Source: an uncultured delta proteobacterium (lineage in GTDB: Bacteria; Myxococcota_A; Polyangia; Fen-1088). From it: a stretch of DNA of 64,000 nucleotides. Each line of letters opens with the position of its first letter. Positions within the stretch are counted from its first letter, which is position 1. The DNA lies in contig CAVYGB010000010.1 of the NCBI GenBank assembly GCA_963767925.1, forward strand, positions 288,001-352,000. The letters are read 5' to 3'. The position numbers and the translations under genes were made by a program. This document shows positions 10,591 to 24,071 of the stretch, piece by piece. The notes beneath the pieces are model-generated. The model saw only the letters and a program-made list of their open reading frames with translations, had not been told where the DNA came from and did not search any database.

Positions 10591-10820
10591 TAACCTCGAG
10601 ACAAGAAAACTGAATAGCCAGGTGAATGGTCGTTCGAGGCTCCGAGGTAGGTCAGGGACGGGTTCCGGCGTGAAGGTGGGGTTGGTCGTGAGGCTGGAAA
10701 ACGTGGGGCGTGGGAGTGAGCCCGCGGGAGGGGGTCGTCGCGCGGTGTTTCAGGGGCGATTGCCCGTAACGACCATCGGGGTTCCCGGATCGGCGAGGTG
10801 CATCTCGGCGGAGGGCGTCG

Positions 10821-11747
10821 TTGGGGTGGGAAGATGCGCAGGACGGCATCGTGGAGATTCGGGACCCCGCACCTGGGACGCTCGCTATCCTTGGGTGGAT
10901 GGCGCTCAGGCGCTCTGAGCTCGAGGAAATCCAAGCTCGTCTGCTCCGCCTCCGGGCGGCGATCGACGAGCGCTTGCAGATCCAGCGGCGGTTGCAGCAG
11001 GAGCGCGACCGGCTCTCCGCGCTGGAAGCGCGGGTGGGGACCGGCCGGCGGCTGTCCTCACCGGCGGCGCGCGCGCCCGGTCGCAAGCTGGTTGTCGAGC
11101 GCGACGCCTGCGAGGAGCTGTGCCGGACGCTGGAGGCGCGCCTGCGCGAGCTCGACGGCGCGCCCGAGGCGCTCATGGTCGCGGCGGTGGAGAAGGAGGC
11201 CTGGGTGCGCTCGCACGACCCCGCGGGGGCGGCCGAGCTGGACCGGCTGGCCGAGGGGCACGCCACCGCGGCGATGATCCGCCGGCGGGTGGAGGCGGCG
11301 GCCTCGGCGGCCGAGGGCGCGCTGGCCGCGCTGGCCGACACCGAGCGGAGCTGGAGCCGGGCCCGGGGCTGGCAACGCCGGACGCTGGCGGCCGGACGCC
11401 TGGTGGCGGTCATGGTGGGCAAGACCCGCCGGGACGAGGCCCGGCACGGCGCCATCGCCGCCAAGTCGGCCCTCGAGCGGTTCACCCACGCTTGCGATGG
11501 CCTCCCGCCCGAGGACGATCACACGTCCCCGCGGGTGGGCGCCCTGGCCCGCTCGGCCGAGCGCTGGTTCGCGCGGGCCCTCATCGAGAGCGCCCAGCGG
11601 GGGGTCAGCGATCGGGTCAAACACGCCCTGGCGGGCGCGCACCACGGGATCGGGGCGGCCCTGGATCGGCTGTCGGCCTGGCGGCGCGCCCTGTCCGCTC
11701 GCGAAGGGGAATACGAGGCCCACTACCGGCTCATCGTCGGCATGTGA
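10821..11747 (+). CDS. Hypothetical alpha-helical/coiled-coil protein
   Basis: Long ORF with heptad-like L/E/R/A composition; the start codon is uncertain. Confidence 0.5.
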   Translation: MGWEDAQDGIVEIRDPAPGTLAILGWMALRRSELEEIQARLLRLRAAIDERLQIQRRLQQERDRLSALEARVGTGRRLSSPAARAPGRKLVVERDACEELCRTLEARLRELDGAPEALMVAAVEKEAWVRSHDPAGAAELDRLAEGHATAAMIRRRVEAAASAAEGALAALADTERSWSRARGWQRRTLAAGRLVAVMVGKTRRDEARHGAIAAKSALERFTHACDGLPPEDDHTSPRVGALARSAERWFARALIESAQRGVSDRVKHALAGAHHGIGAALDRLSAWRRALSAREGEYEAHYRLIVGM

Positions 11748-12964
11748 GCGGGGTCGAGCGCCGGGAGGACCACCTTGACGCTTTGGCCGCCCCCCTCCCC
11801 CGCCGCCACCTCGATGCTGCCGCCATAAGAGCCGAGGATGCTCCGGCAGATGGCCAGGCAGAGCGCCTTGTCGGTGCGAGGCTCGAGAGCCCAGGACGCT
11901 GCCTCGGCGGCGGCCGCGGCCGCCGCGGCGTAGGCCGGCACCGCGCTGGCTTCCGCCTGGGCGTCGACCTCCTCGACCAGCTCGACCACCGCCTTCTGAT
12001 CGGCGCCGTAGACGCTCACCCGGATCTGGCGCGCGGCGACCGGAGTGGGCTGGGCGGGCAAGGTCACGTTGACCAGCAGGCCCAGGAACACCTGGAGCAG
12101 GCGGGTCTCGTCGCCGCTGACCGGGGGGGGATCGCGGAAGTCGCACACCAGGCGGGCCCGCCGCCGGAGCTGGCCGCTCACCAGCCGGACGGCGGCCTCC
12201 AGCAGCGGCACCAGGGCGACCGCCGCGCGCCGCTCGGTGCGCGCGCGGGCCATCTTCCCCATCGCCTCGAGGATGTCGTAGATGCGATCAGCCCCGATGC
12301 GGGTGTCGTGGACCATGGCGCCCAGCTCGACGACCAGGTGCTCGACCTCGTCGCAGGTCCGTTGCACGACCGGATCCGGGCTGCTGCGCCGGGCGGCCTG
12401 CAGCACCGCCCGGATCTGGGGCGCCGTCTCGTCGGCGAGCTGGGTGTTCGTCACCAAGCAGGCCAGCGGGTTGCGCAGCTCGTGCTCGATGCTGGCGGTG
12501 AGGGCGCCCAGCAGGCCCAGGCGGTAGACGTTTTCGATCTCCTCGGCGGGCTTCCAGCAGCCGCGCTCGACGAGCACGCGATCGACGGTGTCGAGCAGGT
12601 CGGAGGCCCGCACCGGTTTGTGCAGGAAGGCGTCGGCGTGAATGGCGGAGGCCTTGGGGCTGCTGTCGGCGGAGATCGCGATGACGGGGATCTTGGCCAG
12701 CTCCGAGTCGGCCCGCTGGCGCGAGCGAAACTCCCAGCCGTCCATGCGGGGCAACATCAGATCGAGGATCATGAGGTCGGGCAGGGGCTCGCGGTGGATC
12801 AGCTCCCAGGCCTGGCCCCCGTCGCCGCAGGACTCGACCTCGTAGCCCTCGTCCTCGAGCAACATCTCGATCGACTCGCGCACGTCGGGGTCGTCGTCCA
12901 CCACCAGCACGCGGCCACGCGCCCGCCTGGGCTCACCAGGTTCCGGCAGCCGAGGCCCTTGCAC
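11723..12964 (-). CDS. Receiver-HisKA hybrid with a degenerate HATPase domain
   Basis: REC (VLVVDDD, LDLMLPRMDG, KP) and H-box IEHELRNPL; the ATP-binding boxes are eroded. Confidence 0.8.
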   Translation of the reverse strand: MQGPRLPEPGEPRRARGRVLVVDDDPDVRESIEMLLEDEGYEVESCGDGGQAWELIHREPLPDLMILDLMLPRMDGWEFRSRQRADSELAKIPVIAISADSSPKASAIHADAFLHKPVRASDLLDTVDRVLVERGCWKPAEEIENVYRLGLLGALTASIEHELRNPLACLVTNTQLADETAPQIRAVLQAARRSSPDPVVQRTCDEVEHLVVELGAMVHDTRIGADRIYDILEAMGKMARARTERRAAVALVPLLEAAVRLVSGQLRRRARLVCDFRDPPPVSGDETRLLQVFLGLLVNVTLPAQPTPVAARQIRVSVYGADQKAVVELVEEVDAQAEASAVPAYAAAAAAAAEAASWALEPRTDKALCLAICRSILGSYGGSIEVAAGEGGGQSVKVVLPALDPAHMPTMSR

Positions 12965-13145
12965 GCGATCATCTTACACGGCTTGCCCGCTGAGGGGACG
13001 GCCCGTAACGGGATGGTGTCGCCGCCGGTGTTGCGCACCCTGGACGCTCAGGGTGGCTCAGGGGCCTCGTTACCAGGAACTTACGCACGTTTAACCCTCT
13101 CGCTGCCGCTTTGCCGGTACCAAAGAAGAGTCAAAGGAGGCGATC

Positions 13146-13361
13146 ATGCTCAAATCCGAGGCACGAGGCGGGCGCGGCAGGCAGCAGGTCGAGTGGGAGT
13201 GGCGGCAGGCCTGGGGCGGCGACCTGGACGAGGATGCGACAGCGCAGGAGCCCCAACGGGAGATGCTGTGGGAGGCGGAGATGTGGGCGGTCTGGCAGAA
13301 GGAGGCGCGCCGCTCCCGGCTCGAGCAGCGCAAGGCGCACGACCGGAGCGAACGGCCCTAG
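13146..13361 (+). CDS. Small Trp/Glu-rich hypothetical protein
   Basis: Strong RBS AAAGGAGG at 13133-13140 before the ATG; fits an intergenic gap. Confidence 0.5.
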   Translation: MLKSEARGGRGRQQVEWEWRQAWGGDLDEDATAQEPQREMLWEAEMWAVWQKEARRSRLEQRKAHDRSERP

Positions 13362-13389
13362 CAGCCAGCGCGCTCCGCGCCTACGCCCC

Positions 13390-14700
13390 TCAGAGGGCGG
13401 AGGCGCCCGGCTCGACGAGCAGGGCGTAGGGACGGTCGGTCGCCCCTGGGCAGGAGTGGGGGTCGAGGGGCCGCGCGCAGGTCCAGGCCAGGGGCCAGCG
13501 CAGGAAGCTGCCGCGTTCCGCGGGCAGGACGACCTGCCCGGTCCAGCGGTGGATCCGAGGCGGCATCAGCCAGCTCGCCCGCGCGGCGGGCTGCAGGGGC
13601 GGCCGATCCTGGCCCAGCACCTGGTAGCCAGGTGGGTTGGTGTGGACCGACCGCTGGCCGGCGTAAAACGGCAGGCGCAGCCAGGAGAGCTCCGGGGAGC
13701 GGCGGGCGTCGAGCCGCTCGGGCTCGGGCAACACGATCACCCGGAACTCGTGGGCGGCGATGAAACGCGCCGGCGGCGGGATCTCCTCGTCGGGACCGAA
13801 GGGGCCGATCACCGAGCCGGCCTCGGTGTAACGGGCGGGCAGCGGATAGCTGGCGCCGCTGAACACGCCCGACCAGGCCAGCACGCGGCCCTGGCCGCCA
13901 ACGTAGACCAGCGGGTGATCCTCGCGCGGATCGGCCGGATCTTTGCCGGCCAGGCGCACCACCTGATCGGGCTCGCTGTAACGGCCGTGAAAGAAGTACT
14001 GGTGTCCCACCGGGACGAAGGTCGCCTCGGGGGTCAGCCGTGCCGGGCCGCGCAGGATGACCTGGATCCGTTCCCAGTCGCCCTCGTGGCGGTTCACCCA
14101 CTCGTTGAAGGGGTAATAGAACCAGTATGAGATTGCCAGCAGCCCGCGGGCCCGGTTGAACCAGTAGACGTGGGCGTATTGCGTCGGCGGATAGGGGCTG
14201 ACGGCGGGCGGAGCGTCCAGGCCCCCCGGCTGCACGATCTGGCGCCAGCGTTGCCGCCAGCGACTGAGCGCGTGCGGGCCAGCGGGGCGGTCGTCGCCAG
14301 GGGCATCGACGTAATAGCGGATCGCCCGACCGGCGGGCGTCTGGTGGGGCAGACCCGACCAGTCCAGCTTGCCGAGCGAGGAGCCGGGCATGGCGACGTA
14401 GCTGTCGGCGCCGTCGACGTCCGCCACCAGGTCGGCTCCGTCGTGCCAGGCGTAGCGCACCTCGACCGGCCAGATGTCGGCGATGGGAAAGGCCATCGCC
14501 GGATTGAAACGGCGGGCCAGCTCGGCGGGCACCGGGCCCTCCGCCTCCTGCGCGTCGAGCGTCGCGGGGACGGCCAGGTCGGCGAAGCGCGAACGCGAGC
14601 TCGGCGGCGTCGGGCCACCCAGCGAGACCGGCGAGGTCGTGTGGTACGTCGTGGTGAGCACGACCAGGCCGGTGAGCAACGAAGAGCGGGCCCCTGCCAA
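13390..14700 (-). CDS. Hypothetical protein with an NPP1/Vps62-like motif
   Basis: LARRFNP and ISYWFYYPFNEWVNRHEGDWERIQV motifs. The start (TTG at 14700) is uncertain, and the upstream part of the 779-aa ORF is shadow of the vWA gene. Confidence 0.6.
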   Translation of the reverse strand: MAGARSSLLTGLVVLTTTYHTTSPVSLGGPTPPSSRSRFADLAVPATLDAQEAEGPVPAELARRFNPAMAFPIADIWPVEVRYAWHDGADLVADVDGADSYVAMPGSSLGKLDWSGLPHQTPAGRAIRYYVDAPGDDRPAGPHALSRWRQRWRQIVQPGGLDAPPAVSPYPPTQYAHVYWFNRARGLLAISYWFYYPFNEWVNRHEGDWERIQVILRGPARLTPEATFVPVGHQYFFHGRYSEPDQVVRLAGKDPADPREDHPLVYVGGQGRVLAWSGVFSGASYPLPARYTEAGSVIGPFGPDEEIPPPARFIAAHEFRVIVLPEPERLDARRSPELSWLRLPFYAGQRSVHTNPPGYQVLGQDRPPLQPAARASWLMPPRIHRWTGQVVLPAERGSFLRWPLAWTCARPLDPHSCPGATDRPYALLVEPGASAL

Positions 14701-14772
14701 GCATCCGAGGAGTTCGGCGGGATCGGTGGAAAACCTAATGCGGCGTCGCCAACCGCCGATAGCTGAACACAG

Positions 14773-15852
14773 ATGTTCCGGGGGGCGGTGGGGCGGGCGG
14801 TGGTGTTGCTGGCGGCGCTGGGGTGTGGACATCCCAGCCTCGAGATCGACTACGACGGCGAAGGTGGGGCGCCGCCGCCCGGCGCCGGACCAGGCATCTT
14901 CGAGCCCGACGGGCCCCCGGGCAGCAGCGACGGCGGGATCGACGCGCGCGGGCCGACCGAGAGCATGAACTGCGGCAACAAGAAGGTGGAGCTGCAGCGC
15001 CGGCCAGCGGACGTCGTCCTCGTCCTCGATCGCTCGGGATCGATGTTGCAGAACCTGCGCGACACCGGGAGCGGCCGCTTCGTGCAAAAGTGGGCCGAGG
15101 TGGTGGGCGCCATCGGCGGCGTCATCCAGACCACCCAGAGCGGCGTGGCCTGGGGGCTGAAGCTCTACCCCCATCCCGACGCCTGCGCCGTCCCGGAAGG
15201 GCTCACCGTGCCGGTCGGCCCGACCAACCATGCCGCGATCCTCGCCGCGATCGGGGACGACCCGCCCTTCGAGGGGACCGGCTCCAGCCCGACCGGAGAG
15301 GCCCTCCGCAAGGCGGGAGACGCCCTGCGCGCGCTGGCCTCCGGGAGCAGCAAATACCTGATCCTGGCGACCGACGGCCTGCCCACCTGTCGCCCCGACG
15401 GCAGGAGCAGCGACGACGACCGGGCGGGGGCCATCGCGGCGGTGTCCGCGCTGAACGCGGCCGGCATCCCGGTGTTCGTCGTGGGCATCGCCACCGAGAC
15501 CAGCGAGGCGCACGGCATCCTCAACGAGATGGCCCAGCGGGGGGGACGGCCCCGGGCCGCCGCCACCCGTTATTACCCGGTGAGCGGACGGGCCGACCTG
15601 GTGGCGGCGCTGGAGGACGTCACCGGGCAGATCTTCGCCTGCACCTTCCGGCTCGATCAGATGCCGCCCGATCCCGACAACGTCGCGGTCGAGCTGGACG
15701 GCGTCTCCCTGCCGCGCGATGCCGCCCACCAGGAGGGCTGGGACTACGGCGAGGGGAACTCGATCGTGCTGTTCGGATCGGCCTGCGGGCGCCTGGCCAG
15801 CGGCGAAGCCAGCAAGGTCCAGATCCTGTACGGCTGCGCCGCCCGCCGCTGA
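14773..15852 (+). CDS. von Willebrand factor A domain lipoprotein
   Basis: Lipobox AALGC, MIDAS LVLDRSGS, SPT and LATDG, and a Cys-containing C-terminal tail typical of myxobacterial vWA lipoproteins. Confidence 0.85.
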   Translation: MFRGAVGRAVVLLAALGCGHPSLEIDYDGEGGAPPPGAGPGIFEPDGPPGSSDGGIDARGPTESMNCGNKKVELQRRPADVVLVLDRSGSMLQNLRDTGSGRFVQKWAEVVGAIGGVIQTTQSGVAWGLKLYPHPDACAVPEGLTVPVGPTNHAAILAAIGDDPPFEGTGSSPTGEALRKAGDALRALASGSSKYLILATDGLPTCRPDGRSSDDDRAGAIAAVSALNAAGIPVFVVGIATETSEAHGILNEMAQRGGRPRAAATRYYPVSGRADLVAALEDVTGQIFACTFRLDQMPPDPDNVAVELDGVSLPRDAAHQEGWDYGEGNSIVLFGSACGRLASGEASKVQILYGCAARR

Positions 15853-15868
15853 CGCATCGCCGGGCCGC

Positions 15869-16600
15869 TCAGGGCGCGGGCGGGCCGAGATCGATCTGGG
15901 CCACCACCGGCAAGTGATCGGAGGCCCAGCGGCTCGAGGCGGTGGTGTGCACCCGGAAGTGGACGAGGGCGGAGGTGGGCTTGACCCAGACGCGATCCAG
16001 GGAGAGGAAGGGGAACCGCGCGGGGAAGCTGCGGCCGCTGCCGCCCCGACCGAAGCGGGCGTGCAACCAGCGCAGCGGCCGGCCCAGGATCAACCACTCG
16101 TTGATGTCCCCCAGCAGCACCGTGACCTCCTCGTCCCCCTCCTCGACCAGCTCGAGGATGCGCTGGACCTGGTAGCGCCGCTCGCTCGGCATCAGGCCGA
16201 GGTGGGTGGCGATCACGCGCAGCTTGCGGCCGCCCGCCGACAGCTCGACGTCGAGCGCGCCGCGCGGCTCGCGCCGGTAGACCGTCAGGTCGAGCTTGCG
16301 CACCTCGAGGATGGGCAGGCGGGTCAACAGCACGTTGCCGTAGTGCCCGTCCTGCCGCTCGATGGTGGGGCCGGAGATGGCGTGCAGGCCGGCGCTGTGC
16401 GCGAGGAACTCCATCTGCACCGACTCGGTCCCCGCCCCGGGCCAGGAGTCCACCTCCTGCAGCGCCACCACGTCCGCCGCCAGCTCGCGCAGGACGTCCG
16501 CGATGCGCTGCGGATCCCGGCGGCCGTCGTTGCCGACGCAGCGGTGGATGTTGTACGAGGCGACGACGACGCGTGGGGGCTGACCGGGCTGCATCGACAT
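15869..16600 (-). CDS. Endonuclease/exonuclease/phosphatase family protein
   Basis: SYNIH, DVVALQEV, GNVLL, THLGL, GDINEW, LDRVW and ASDHLP. Confidence 0.9.
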   Translation of the reverse strand: MSMQPGQPPRVVVASYNIHRCVGNDGRRDPQRIADVLRELAADVVALQEVDSWPGAGTESVQMEFLAHSAGLHAISGPTIERQDGHYGNVLLTRLPILEVRKLDLTVYRREPRGALDVELSAGGRKLRVIATHLGLMPSERRYQVQRILELVEEGDEEVTVLLGDINEWLILGRPLRWLHARFGRGGSGRSFPARFPFLSLDRVWVKPTSALVHFRVHTTASSRWASDHLPVVAQIDLGPPAP

Positions 16601-16630
16601 CTAGCGATATGCGGCCGCTCCCCGCCCCGG

Positions 16631-17148
16631 TCAACCGGGGGAGGCCGCCGCCACCGTCGGCCCAGCCAGAACGCCGCCGGGATCCTCCTGGACCACCACC
16701 TGGTCGCGGCCGCTGCGTTTGGCCCGGTACAGGGCCGCGTCGGCGGCGCGCAGGAGATCCTCGGCCCGCCGCCCGTGCTGGGGAAAGCAAGCCACCCCCA
16801 GCGAGATCGTCACCGCCCCCAGGTGGGTGACCTGGAGCCGCTTGACCGTGCAGCGGAGGCCTCGTCGATGCCCCGGCAAGCCTGTGGGAGCTCGACGAGG
16901 CTGAGGTGAAGGTGGAGCTCCCGCAGGCAGGCATCGTCCAGCTCGCGGCGCTCGGTGATGTCCCGGGAGATGCCGACGATGCCGATGATGTTCGAATCGG
17001 GGTCCCGGTAGGGTCCCTTGGTGGTCAGGAAGGCGCGGGTGACGCCCGCCGATGGGCGCCACTCCTCCAGGGAGCGGGAGACGATGCTCGAGTCGAGCTG
17101 ACATTCCGGGTCAGCCGCGGGCCGGGCGCGCGGCTTGCCGTGGCTCAC
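16631..17148 (-). pseudogene. Remnant of a PAS/PAC-diguanylate cyclase gene
   Basis: PAC piece FLTTKGPYRD..NIIGIVGISRDITERR in one frame and the GGDEF-domain tail VTISLGVA..AEDLLRAADAALYRAKRSGRDQV in another. The catalytic GGDEF core is missing. Confidence 0.7.
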
Positions 17149-17161
17149 GCCCGGGGCCGGT

Positions 17162-17551
17162 TCAGGGCGCGGGGGTGTGGCAGCAGGCCTCGATGTTGTG
17201 CCCGTCGGGGTCGAGCACGAACGCTCCGTAGTAGTCCTTGTGGTAATGGGGCCGCAGGCCGGGGGGGCCGTTGTCCTTGCCTCCGGCGGCGATGGCCGCG
17301 CGATAAAACGCGTCGACGAGCGCGCGGCTGTCGGCGCGGAAGGCGATGTGCAGCGGCGGCTTCTGGGGCGTGGCCTGGTGGAGCCAGAAGTCGGGCTTCG
17401 GCGGTACCCCCATCCCCAGCACCATCACCCCGCCCGTGAACTCGACCGGCACCTCCATCAGCACCTGGTAGCCGAGGGGGGCCAGCGCCTCCTGGTAGAA
17501 GCGACGGCTGCGGACAGGGTCACTCACGGCGAGGCCGGTGTGGTCGATCAT
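17162..17551 (-). CDS. VOC/glyoxalase family protein
   Basis: MIDHTGL, HIAFRA, GGKDNGPPGLRPHY and YYGAFVLDPDGHNIEA. Confidence 0.9.
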   Translation of the reverse strand: MIDHTGLAVSDPVRSRRFYQEALAPLGYQVLMEVPVEFTGGVMVLGMGVPPKPDFWLHQATPQKPPLHIAFRADSRALVDAFYRAAIAAGGKDNGPPGLRPHYHKDYYGAFVLDPDGHNIEACCHTPAP

Positions 17552-17585
17552 GCCGCCGTCCTAACACGGCGGAGGGCCCCGGCGA

Positions 17586-17912
17586 TCAGGCCTTGACGGC
17601 TTCGTCCACCGTGCCGAAGACCGAGAAGATGCGGCTCAGGCGGGTGATGCGCAGCAGGCCGCTGACGCTGTCGTTGACCCCGCTCAGGTGGAGCCGCCCG
17701 CCCGGGGCGAGCTCCCGTAGAACCGCGACGAGGGTCCCCAGCCCGGAGCTGTCGATGAACGCGACGGCGGTGAGGTCCACGACCACCCGGGAGGCCCCCT
17801 TGGCCCGGGCGCCGAGGACCCGCCGGAACTCGGGCGCTACCAGCGCGTCTATCCGGGCCTGATTGGGTCGGAAGATGACGGCGCCCTCTCGCTCGGTGAC
17901 CGTGACATCCAT
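17586..17912 (-). CDS. STAS-domain anti-sigma factor antagonist
   Basis: VVVDLTAVAFIDSSGLG with the phospho-acceptor Ser. Confidence 0.88.
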   Translation of the reverse strand: MDVTVTEREGAVIFRPNQARIDALVAPEFRRVLGARAKGASRVVVDLTAVAFIDSSGLGTLVAVLRELAPGGRLHLSGVNDSVSGLLRITRLSRIFSVFGTVDEAVKA

Positions 17913-18007
17913 GGTGAGAGGCCTCCGTGTCCCGGATCGGCTCCCGGGCGAAAAAACTTGAGCCCGACCCTCAAGCGTCACCCGCGGCGGGCCGATGAGC
18001 AGGGCGT

Positions 18008-19216
18008 ATGGACGCGCCCTCTCCCGGTCTTCCCGCCAATCGGGGGAATGCGGCCAAGGCGTCCATCCTGCTCGTCGACGACGGGCCGGAGAATCGGATG
18101 TTGCTGCGCGCCCTGCTGGACCGGGCCGGCTACCGGGTGGTCGTGGCCGACAGCGGGCCGGCCGGGCTGGACCTGCTGCAGCGGGAGGACGTCGAGCTGA
18201 TCGTGCTCGACTACATGATGCCGGGCATGGACGGCCCCGAGGTCGCCCGCCGGGTCCGCCGCGACGGACGCACCGGGCAGATCCCGATCATCATGCTGAC
18301 CGCCTCACAAGAGGAGGTCCACATCGAGGAGGCCTTCGCCGCGGGGGCCAGCGACTACATCACCAAGCCGGTGGATCGGCGCATCCTGCTGGCCCGGGTG
18401 GCGGCCGTGATCCAGGCGGCCGGCGATCAGAAGCGGGCCAAGGAGGCGGCCGAGTTCGAGTGGGAGCGCGAGTCCCTGCTCACCGAGATGAAAGAGGCGG
18501 CCCGCATCCAGCAGGCCAGGCTGCCGAAGCTGCCCGTCATCACGGGCGGCTGGGCCCTGGCGGGGGCGCTGGTGCCCAGCCGGCACATCGGGGGCGACAT
18601 GCTCGATGTCATGGCCGATGGCCAGGGCGGCCTGGTCCTGGCGCTGGTCGACGTCTCGGGGCACGGGCTGGCGGCGGCGCTGGTGGCCGCCTCGGTCTGC
18701 ACCGAGCTGCGCAACCTCGTGTCGACCCACCCGCTGGCCGAGGCGGTAGCCGGGCTCAACCGCGAGCTGTGTCGCGAGCGCGAGGGGAAATACGCCTGCG
18801 TGGCGGTGATGTTGCTCGAGGCGGACCGCACCGTGGTGGTCAACGCCGGCTTGCCCCCCATCTGCTTGATCCGGGGTGGGGTCTGCGTGCAGCGCTTCGA
18901 TGGTTCGGGCACCCCCCCGGGGCTCATGCGCGACGAGGTGTACCAGGCCCAGAGCTGCGACGTGTTGCCCGGCGATCGCCTGGTGCTGATGAGCGACGGC
19001 CTCACCGAGCCCTTCGGCAGCGCCGATTCGGTCGACCCGGCCCTCGACGCCATGGGGCTGCGCGACCCCGCCCTGCAGGTCGAGCGCCTCGGCTCGTCGA
19101 TCCTCTCCGAGCGGATCGTCGAGCTCCTGCACCGGGCCGGGGCGGGCGAGCCGGACGACGCGACCTTGCTGGTGGCGCACCGGCTGGATGGCCCGGGCGG
19201 CGCCTGGGAATCCTGA
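18008..19216 (+). CDS. Receiver + PP2C (SpoIIE/RsbU-type) phosphatase
   Basis: REC (ILLVDD, LDYMMPGMDG, DYITKP), then AARIQ..LP, IGGD, DVSGHG, NAG, SDGLTE and DDATLL. Confidence 0.9.
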   Translation: MDAPSPGLPANRGNAAKASILLVDDGPENRMLLRALLDRAGYRVVVADSGPAGLDLLQREDVELIVLDYMMPGMDGPEVARRVRRDGRTGQIPIIMLTASQEEVHIEEAFAAGASDYITKPVDRRILLARVAAVIQAAGDQKRAKEAAEFEWERESLLTEMKEAARIQQARLPKLPVITGGWALAGALVPSRHIGGDMLDVMADGQGGLVLALVDVSGHGLAAALVAASVCTELRNLVSTHPLAEAVAGLNRELCREREGKYACVAVMLLEADRTVVVNAGLPPICLIRGGVCVQRFDGSGTPPGLMRDEVYQAQSCDVLPGDRLVLMSDGLTEPFGSADSVDPALDAMGLRDPALQVERLGSSILSERIVELLHRAGAGEPDDATLLVAHRLDGPGGAWES

Positions 19217-19236
19217 AGCCGGAGGGAGCACTTCCG

Positions 19237-19593
19237 ATGAACCTCGTCGAACACGTCCAGCAGGGCATCACCATCATCAAGGTGGGCGCCACCCGCATCG
19301 ACGCGGCCTCGGCGGGGGAGTTTCGCAAGTCCATCAGCGCGCTGTCGAGCCGGGGGGTCTCCCGCTTCGTGCTCGATCTGTCGGGCGTCGCGCTGATCGA
19401 CAGCACCGGGCTGGGCGCGCTGGTGGCGGCCCTCAAGGCCTCCGGCCGGCCCGGCAGCGTGGTGGTGTCGGGCGCCCGGGACGCGGTGGCCACCCTGTTC
19501 AGGCTGACCCGGATGGATCGGGTCTTCCGCCAGTACCCCAGCGAGATCGAGGCAGCGGCGGCGCTGGCTCGGGAGTCGGACGCGGCGCCGTGA
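19237..19593 (+). CDS. STAS-domain anti-sigma factor antagonist
   Basis: GGAGGGAG RBS; VLDLSGVALIDSTGLGALV. Confidence 0.88.
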   Translation: MNLVEHVQQGITIIKVGATRIDAASAGEFRKSISALSSRGVSRFVLDLSGVALIDSTGLGALVAALKASGRPGSVVVSGARDAVATLFRLTRMDRVFRQYPSEIEAAAALARESDAAP

Positions 19594-20019
19594 GCCCCCC
19601 GCCGGTCTCCTGGCAAATCGCCAGCCGGCTCGAGTGTGTCGCCCCGCTGGGCGAGGAGCTGCGGGTTGCCTGCGCCGGCTTCGGCCTCAGCAGCGACGCC
19701 GCCGGCGAGGTGGAGCTGTGTGTGGTGGAGATGGTCAACAACTCCATCGAACACGGCTACCGCCTGGACGCGTCCGGCTGGGTCGAGGTGCGGCTGGAGA
19801 GCGATGGCAGCCGGCTGCACATCGAGGTGTGCGACGGCGGGCGGGCGATGCCGCCAGAGACGCTGGCCCAAGCGGTGATGCCGCCCGTCGATCCCGACGA
19901 CCTCCCCTCGCTGCCCGAGGGGGGCATGGGCCTGTCGATCGTCAAGGAGCTGATGGACGACGTCCGCTACGAGAGCACCGCCCTCCGCAACGTCCTCACG
20001 ATGGAGCGCCGGATCGACC

Positions 20020-20030
<11 letters not shown>
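19590..20030 (+). CDS. RsbW-type anti-sigma factor / Ser kinase
   Basis: ELCVVEMVNNSIEHGY, DGG and EGGMGLSIVKELMDDV; GTGA overlap with the upstream STAS gene. Confidence 0.88.
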
Positions 20031-23493
<3,463 letters not shown>

Positions 23494-23597
23494 TGGCGCG
23501 GGGGGTGGGCGCCTGGCGGTACGCCACCCACTGGCCGCGCCAGGAACCTGTCGGCATGGGACTTGAAACGAAAGGGGTAGAGCGGAGGAGAGTCAGA

Positions 23598-24071
23598 ATG
23601 TTGGATCGCGCGCCCTCGTTGCTGTTCCCGGCCACCGTCCGCCGTCACGTGCATCAACAGCACGCCGGCCTGCGGGCGCTGCTGCGGCGGGCCCTGGATC
23701 AGACGACCCGCGCGCTGCGCGGCGAAGGGGGCGGGCTGGAGGAGCTGGTCGCCGCCACGCGCGAGCTGCACCGTCTCTTCCTGGCGCACCTCAACTACGA
23801 GGAGCGGGCCCTGGCCCCGATCCTCCTGATCCTGGACCTGTGGGGGCTCGATCGCGTGACCGAGCTGCAGGAGGAACATGCCCGCCAGCGGGCCCAGCTC
23901 AACACCATCCTCGAAGGCCTCGAGAGCGGCTGGGATCTGCCCCGGCTCGCGCTAACCCTGCGCAGCCTCGCCACCGATCTGCTGTCCGACATGGAGGAAG
24001 AGGAGAAGGGTTGCCTCGAGGCGCCGGCGCTGCGCGAGGAGCTGCTGGGGCACGATCGCCTTCTTTACTGA
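23598..24071 (+). CDS. Hemerythrin-like (HHE) domain protein
   Basis: GGAGGAG RBS; QQH, AHLNYEE, EEH and DMEEEE spaced as in four-helix HHE proteins. Confidence 0.65.
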   Translation: MLDRAPSLLFPATVRRHVHQQHAGLRALLRRALDQTTRALRGEGGGLEELVAATRELHRLFLAHLNYEERALAPILLILDLWGLDRVTELQEEHARQRAQLNTILEGLESGWDLPRLALTLRSLATDLLSDMEEEEKGCLEAPALREELLGHDRLLY

